Of a DNA stretch of 64,000 bases, positions 58,868 through 64,000 are shown piece after piece. The notes below the pieces were generated by a model. That model did no database searches. It saw only the letters and a program-made list of their open reading frames with translations, and was not told where the DNA came from. Each line of letters begins with the position of its first letter. Position 1 is the first letter of the stretch. Position numbers and translations under genes: made by a program. The DNA is from Candidatus Parvarchaeota archaeon. GTDB taxonomy: Archaea > Nanobdellota > Nanobdellia > Parvarchaeales > Parvarchaeaceae. The DNA lies in assembly GCA_025920305.1 (NCBI GenBank), contig JAPDMB010000001.1:538-64537 (forward strand), given 5' to 3'.

Positions 58868-60574
58868 ATGGCAGAATATGAAGTGGATAGCAATTTCAAT
58901 GATGCTTTCAAACAGTATTCTCTCGGCGTCTCAATAGATAGCAAAAATCAACTGGATGAGTTTGCCAAGGTCCTTAGGAGCGGTGCGCAGATGACGGAGA
59001 TAAATATAGCGAGCATGTATCAAGGCGAGGGCGGGACACCGGCTGCTAGGATAGGCAAAGAAGAACGGGAGGCGATTGGGCACCTTGCCGAGGTCAATAA
59101 GGTCAATCTAAGCGTGCATGCCCCGTGGTCTTTGAACTTTGCTGGTATAAATCAGCGCGGTGAGGTAGACCCGGTTTATAGGGAGACTTTGATGAGAGAG
59201 ATAGAGGCTTCTCTGAAATTTTCAGATGATTTGAGTTCAAGCATTAAGATGAATAACATGCCCGTGATATTTCATGCCTCCTATGATCAATTCGGCAACC
59301 CTGACCCGAAGAGATTGATCAATGTATACAGCAAGCAGGAGGGGAAGGTCATACCTTTAAAGGAGGAGATCATACCAGGTATAACAAAAGAGGAGTTCGA
59401 GAGCAAGAAATTCTACGGTGACGATCTGGATAAGGTCACAGCCGGGATGTCGCCGGAGGAGAAGAAAAAGTTCCTAGATACGCAGATAATAGAAGACAAG
59501 GTTAACAATGCGGTTGTTCTTACACCAATCGCTAGACTGAAGCTGATAAATGTGCGAGCGAGGGAACAATTAAGCCAGCAGCTTGCGAATATAGAGTCTT
59601 CCAGATACAGCATAGAAAAGCTTCAGAAACCAAGCATAGCGAGGGAGTTGACCGATGCGATGAGAGCGGGTGACGCAGAGAAGGTGAAGACGCTGACGGA
59701 GTCGGTAGATGCCCTCGACAAAGCATTGAAGGATCTGGAGAGGCGGAGGAATCTCCTGGAAAAGCAGATGCAGGCAACGGAGGACGAATATGTGGAGTAT
59801 GAGAAGGTGGCGCCGGAGCTCGCAGCAGAGGGCATAAAGGACGCAGCTTTATATTCCGCATTCAATACTAAGACGAAGCCGCAGATACTCATTGAGAACC
59901 CTATGTCGCCAAACATGTCCTTAAGCGATCCGAAAGGGCTTTCGGAGACGGTAAGAAGGGCGAGGGAACTATTCGTAGAAGACGCAGTGAAAAAAGGCAT
60001 GCCGAGGGAAGAGGCTCTCAGGCTAAGCCAGGACCTTATTGGAATAAACTTGGATACAGGCCATCTAAATACGTTTAAGCAGTACGAGAATCCCCAGACA
60101 GGCAAGCCTTATGAGGACAAAGATATTGTAGATATGGCTTTGTCTCTAAAAGATATGATAAAGCGTTACCACCTTAGCGACAATATGGGTGATATAGACG
60201 CCCATCTTCCCCTCGGACAGGGAACCACGCCGACAAAGAAGATTTACGATGAGCTGAGAGCGGCTGGCGTAGACGTTCCTGCCATAATGGAAGTTTTCGG
60301 GGGCGTTGGCGGGCTTGAAACCGGCATGGTCCAGTCCTACCAGTACATGAATGCTCCTATATATGGCTCGGTGCCTTACACCAGTATCCCGACATATGCA
60401 GCTCACCCTTATTCGTCGATCGTGGGGGATTATTCCTCATACAGTAACCTCGGGCTTAGGAATGATTTCTTCGCATATGGCGGTTTCTCCGGCCTGTTTC
60501 CGGCTTTGGGAGGCGGATATATGAATGAAGGCGACAGAAGCAAGCAGGGCTTCTCTGGCGCCCCAATGAGTTAA
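58868..60574 (+). CDS. Xylose-isomerase/AP-endonuclease-2-like TIM-barrel protein with coiled-coil insertion
   Basis: SVHAP, IFHAS, IEN, NLDTGH, HLSDN...DAHLPLG.G, IME metal-site motifs. Confidence 0.8.
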   Translation: MAEYEVDSNFNDAFKQYSLGVSIDSKNQLDEFAKVLRSGAQMTEINIASMYQGEGGTPAARIGKEEREAIGHLAEVNKVNLSVHAPWSLNFAGINQRGEVDPVYRETLMREIEASLKFSDDLSSSIKMNNMPVIFHASYDQFGNPDPKRLINVYSKQEGKVIPLKEEIIPGITKEEFESKKFYGDDLDKVTAGMSPEEKKKFLDTQIIEDKVNNAVVLTPIARLKLINVRAREQLSQQLANIESSRYSIEKLQKPSIARELTDAMRAGDAEKVKTLTESVDALDKALKDLERRRNLLEKQMQATEDEYVEYEKVAPELAAEGIKDAALYSAFNTKTKPQILIENPMSPNMSLSDPKGLSETVRRARELFVEDAVKKGMPREEALRLSQDLIGINLDTGHLNTFKQYENPQTGKPYEDKDIVDMALSLKDMIKRYHLSDNMGDIDAHLPLGQGTTPTKKIYDELRAAGVDVPAIMEVFGGVGGLETGMVQSYQYMNAPIYGSVPYTSIPTYAAHPYSSIVGDYSSYSNLGLRNDFFAYGGFSGLFPALGGGYMNEGDRSKQGFSGAPMS

Positions 60575-60578
60575 ATCT

Positions 60579-61376
60579 ATGGAAGAGAACAATGAAGAGG
60601 GGAAGTTGAAACTGATAGGGTATGATGCAGCATATAAGTTCGCAAAGGACATATTCGTGAAATATCCAAGGGTGATAAAGTCTATAATCCTCTTTGGTTC
60701 GTACTCCAAGGGCAAAGAGACGCAGAGTAGCGACGTAGACATCATGATCGTGATGGATGATATACTGAACAAACTAGATGAATCTTTCCTAGGGGTGTTT
60801 TACAAGGACGTGGACGAACATGTGAAAGAGGAGAGATCAATTAAACTGCACATAAATTTCGTGACGTTAACAGCTTTCTGGAAGGGTGTGCTTAATGCCG
60901 ACCCTGTCTCCGTTAATGTGTTAAAATATGGGGTAGCGCTGGTGGACACTGGTTATTTCGAGCCATTACAGGTGCTCCTGCAGAGAGGGGAGATAAAACC
61001 CACTGAGGAGTCGATATATGCGGCTCTCTCTCGGAGTCAACTTTACTATGACTCTGCAAAGCTGAGGATGGCGGGCGCCGTTTTAGATCTGTACTGGAGC
61101 GTGATAAACTCGGCTCAGGCTCTTATAATGAGGAACGGAGACGTCCCTCCTTCCCCCGAGTTGATAGGCGAGATGATGGATTCCCTCCAGAGGATGAGCG
61201 TGATAAGCAAGGAGGATGTGGAAAGCTTCAATGAACTGTATTCTATAGGTAAGAGACTTATGCACAATGAGAAATTAGACTTCACCGGAGCAGAGGTAGA
61301 TGCTCTGGCGTCAAAAGCGATGAAGCTGACCGAGAAAATAGAGAATATAATAGATAAAGAGAGGCCAAGCCATTGA
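60579..61376 (+). CDS. Minimal nucleotidyltransferase (MNT)-HEPN-like fusion
   Basis: LFGSYSKG.....SDVDI; C-terminal helical domain LYWSVINSAQALI. Confidence 0.8.
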   Translation: MEENNEEGKLKLIGYDAAYKFAKDIFVKYPRVIKSIILFGSYSKGKETQSSDVDIMIVMDDILNKLDESFLGVFYKDVDEHVKEERSIKLHINFVTLTAFWKGVLNADPVSVNVLKYGVALVDTGYFEPLQVLLQRGEIKPTEESIYAALSRSQLYYDSAKLRMAGAVLDLYWSVINSAQALIMRNGDVPPSPELIGEMMDSLQRMSVISKEDVESFNELYSIGKRLMHNEKLDFTGAEVDALASKAMKLTEKIENIIDKERPSH

Positions 61377-61441
61377 TGTTTTTGGTAGATATATGAAATT
61401 CATGTAGAAACCTTTAAATATAAGAAAAAGTTAAGGATATT

Positions 61442-61822
61442 ATGGGTTTTCCATTTAGCGCTCGTATCGGTCAGGGGTTGCCCATCAACACGATAATCTT
61501 AATCGCTGTCGGGCTCCTTATACTTGTTTTGATGATAGTATTTGTCACGGGTGGGTTCAAAGGTCTGGCTCCGGCGACATCCAATAGTGGCCTGTCTGCT
61601 TTTCAGTCCGAATGTAACACCTACTGCGCAGACGCAGGTGCATCTTATCCATACACTTGGTGTACTACTCATACAGTTATAGCTGGAACATATTATGCAT
61701 GTTCGAACGCCACCGGTCCATCTACCACTTGCACGGTTAACTTAGCCAATGGATCCACGGGCGTTTGGGGTTACAGCGCACCTGTTAATGGCAATTATTG
61801 TAAGTTAGACTCAATGAGTTGA
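61442..61822 (+). CDS. Pilin-like protein, Cys-rich
   Basis: RIGQGLPINTIILIAVGLLILV class III-like signal; 6 Cys. Confidence 0.75.
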   Translation: MGFPFSARIGQGLPINTIILIAVGLLILVLMIVFVTGGFKGLAPATSNSGLSAFQSECNTYCADAGASYPYTWCTTHTVIAGTYYACSNATGPSTTCTVNLANGSTGVWGYSAPVNGNYCKLDSMS

Positions 61823-61865
61823 TCCTTGATCTAACCCTTTTATATACATACTCCTTCCTAACTTT

Positions 61866-62432
61866 ATGTCTTTTAAAGTCGTTATACTAGTTGTCATTGT
61901 GATCGGATTGCTGTCCTTGTTTATGTATTTGACGTATTCCCGCTATCTAATCTTAAATGAATGCCATGGCGAATCATTGTTCGTGTCCAGCAGCCAAGAA
62001 TACTGTGTGCCGGGATATGTCAATGCTGTGGTGGTGAACAGCTCGATTTACGCGTCTAATTTCCAGTTTTTGGATGGTAAACCTTTCTTGACGATTTGGA
62101 CGGAGAGTATGACAGAACCAGGGGACAAATATCTGTTCTCGAGCATCCCCGATACGTTTGCTGTCCATATGTCTTACACCTCTAATGTGACTTTAGAAGT
62201 CATGATAATGACAAATCAGCAGTACGTTAAGTGGGCAGAGTCAAATGAGACAGTGGTAGGATACGTTTTAAGGTATGTAAACTCCACCGCTTCATTCTGG
62301 TTCAATCAAAGCGAAGGATGCGGAGCATACGTTATGGTGATAAAATCTGCAAATAATACCCCTTTCACGGTCGTCCCGGATGAACAAGCCCTATATGATC
62401 CTTCAACCAATGCCACAGGAGTATGCGCATGA
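61866..62432 (+). CDS. Exported/membrane-anchored hypothetical protein
   Basis: N-terminal TM, beta-rich, 4 Cys, several NxS/T sites. Confidence 0.65.
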   Translation: MSFKVVILVVIVIGLLSLFMYLTYSRYLILNECHGESLFVSSSQEYCVPGYVNAVVVNSSIYASNFQFLDGKPFLTIWTESMTEPGDKYLFSSIPDTFAVHMSYTSNVTLEVMIMTNQQYVKWAESNETVVGYVLRYVNSTASFWFNQSEGCGAYVMVIKSANNTPFTVVPDEQALYDPSTNATGVCA

Positions 62433-62446
62433 TGACTTATTTTTAA

Positions 62447-62617
62447 CAAACCCGCCGAGAATTCCCCTTTTGAAAGATGAGGGGATGAAAGACAGTAAAA
62501 ATAAGTATTTATGTATAAAGGATAATAAAATAGTCGTGGTATACAATTTAGACAAGGAAAAGCAGAAGGCAAAAATATATGTGTAATTACACCATATGAA
62601 AGCCTGGGGTAGTTCAC
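62447..62617 (+). mobile_element. 171-bp non-autonomous IS200/IS605 mini-element
   Basis: TTTAA^CAAACCCGCCGAGAATTCCCC...GGGGATGAAAG left end; GAAAGCCTGGGGTAGTTCAC right end. Confidence 0.68.
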
Positions 62618-62644
62618 ATATAAGGCATTGCTTAGTTAAACGAT

Positions 62645-63262
62645 ATGGATGCGAACGCTTTTGATGTATCTAATGATTTAAATAAACTGTACACGGACAG
62701 CGGCCCTTTGAAGGTGCTGCAGAACATATTGGATCACAATAACCTTGATCTATACATGGCTTACGCACCTGACGGCTCGATAAAGCTGAAGTCTACCCAT
62801 CCGATAAGGATATACGCAAAGGATATCTATGGCGTGCTTCTTAGGCTTAACCTGGTAAGTTATATAAATCTCAGTGTGGAGTACACATACAACGATGTTA
62901 AAAAGTCAGTTTCAAAGAAATTCAGTCAGCAGGAAGATATTGATGAGATAGTGGACGATCTAGTGAGCCTGCCGCATGATAGGATAATCGATATAATAAT
63001 AGATACAGATGTATTCAAGATAGTAGAGGTACCGGAGAGCATCGAGGACAGCGTCTCCGTTATACTGAAGAAAGGCGATCCAAAGCTCCTGTTTAAAAGC
63101 CTCCTTCTATATCTCTTCCCCTTCGTTAGCGTACCAGTTGAGAAATCCGTCAAATACACGATCAATTTTGAAAAAGCCGGCGATGGGTTTGATATTAGCA
63201 CGACACTGCATGTCGATGACGCATCTATAGGTATAAAGTCAAAGAAGGTGAGGTTCATTTAG
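62645..63262 (+). CDS. Hypothetical protein
   Basis: 205-aa ORF; 5 nt upstream of the KaiC-like gene. Confidence 0.6.
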   Translation: MDANAFDVSNDLNKLYTDSGPLKVLQNILDHNNLDLYMAYAPDGSIKLKSTHPIRIYAKDIYGVLLRLNLVSYINLSVEYTYNDVKKSVSKKFSQQEDIDEIVDDLVSLPHDRIIDIIIDTDVFKIVEVPESIEDSVSVILKKGDPKLLFKSLLLYLFPFVSVPVEKSVKYTINFEKAGDGFDISTTLHVDDASIGIKSKKVRFI

Positions 63263-63267
63263 CGATT

Positions 63268-63933
63268 ATGGACTCTCTTGCAGTCGGCATAGATTCCTTC
63301 GATAAGGTTGTCGGGGGGATACCAATGCATAGGAATTACCTGCTCAATGGATCGAAGGAGAGTGGGAAGGACCTATTCGCTTATCATCTTACGCTGTCAG
63401 CCCTGGCTAATAAGGTCGGTGTGATCTATATAACCTCCAGTAAAAGTGCAAGTGACCTTCTATCTAGCTTCTCCCTGAGGAATATAAATATATCCCAATA
63501 TCTTGGGAATTCGCTCAAAATAGTGGATAACTTCATCAGAAACATCCAGCCGGATGCGAAGGATAACGCCTACACAAGGGTATTGAACGGACCGTTGGAT
63601 TTGACAGGCCTTGCTGTGGCGGTGTCATCGCTGAACAGCGATTTCATAAAGGATGGGAAGACGACCATCAATATCTTCGATTCTGTGTCCTCCCTGCTTC
63701 TATCCAATAACTCAAACACCATCTTCAGATTTTTACAGTTCATATGCGGCAAGTCAAAGATATCCGGCGTTACCAGTCTGTTTTTAATAGACAGTGATAT
63801 GCATCCCCCGGATATCAATGAGACTATAAAGTCTCTGATGGATGGGGTCATAAATCTTAAGTTAGAGAATGGTGTTAGATATTTCACTTTTACAGGGACT
63901 GAGAAGGAGGTGCTCAATTGGACGCAGTTATAA
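63268..63933 (+). CDS. KaiC/RAD55-like protein, degenerate Walker A
   Basis: GIDSFD...GGIP, GSKESGKD, IFDSVS, MDGVI. Confidence 0.8.
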   Translation: MDSLAVGIDSFDKVVGGIPMHRNYLLNGSKESGKDLFAYHLTLSALANKVGVIYITSSKSASDLLSSFSLRNINISQYLGNSLKIVDNFIRNIQPDAKDNAYTRVLNGPLDLTGLAVAVSSLNSDFIKDGKTTINIFDSVSSLLLSNNSNTIFRFLQFICGKSKISGVTSLFLIDSDMHPPDINETIKSLMDGVINLKLENGVRYFTFTGTEKEVLNWTQL

Positions 63934-63967
63934 AGGTTTAAATTCTTTTAAATGTTTTGGATAAGCT

Positions 63968-64000
63968 ATGGAGGATAATATCTTTGGAATAGCGAAACTG
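63968..64000 (+). CDS. Start of an ORF running off the window
   Basis: ATG at 63968, open to the end (MEDNIFGIAKL). Confidence 0.35.
   Translation, partial: MEDNIFGIAKL

Noticed and set aside
62380..62586. 68-aa ORF
   Set aside because: Overlaps the previous gene end and reads through the IS left end; better explained as an element relic

Overview
Gene-dense archaeal chromosomal window in the standard genetic code. Gene content and compaction suggest a reduced DPANN genome, most like acidophilic Parvarchaeota; this assignment is an inference. Housekeeping genes dominate: the PCNA start, RNase HII, Mre11/Rad50, PolD small subunit, PolX, thermosome, Lsm-rpl37e, rpl3-4-23, rps2, rps6e-aIF2gamma-PIN, aIF1, ABCE1, Trp/Val/Thr-tRNA ligases, EndA, TrmI, SAMP+TtuA, RNase J, two FtsZ, SecE, lower glycolysis (GAPN, ApgM, enolase, pyruvate kinase), PyrG, two Tmk and a Zn-ferredoxin. 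There are five tRNAs: Ile-UAU with intron, Ile-GAU, Leu-CAA with intron, Arg-GCG and Ser-GGA. I saw no CRISPR array, rRNA or intact transposase. The most notable observations are: (1) a metal-site TIM-barrel protein with a coiled-coil insert and aromatic/Gly tail, coupled to an MNT-HEPN fusion; (2) a coiled-coil/wHTH/wHTH/ftsZ2 locus with palindromes; (3) an RHH regulator and CysD-like enzyme sharing a C-terminal EKLRxxGY motif; (4) tRNA-Ile(UAU); (5) Dph2 split into halves 48 kb apart; (6) a dispersed family of decayed IS200/IS605 ends with a TTTAA target, one next to a long G-U-rich hairpin; (7) tandem Tmk paralogues, one lacking the P-loop Lys; (8) aIF2gamma with a non-canonical P-loop. All product calls come from motif recognition by eye; no searches were run.
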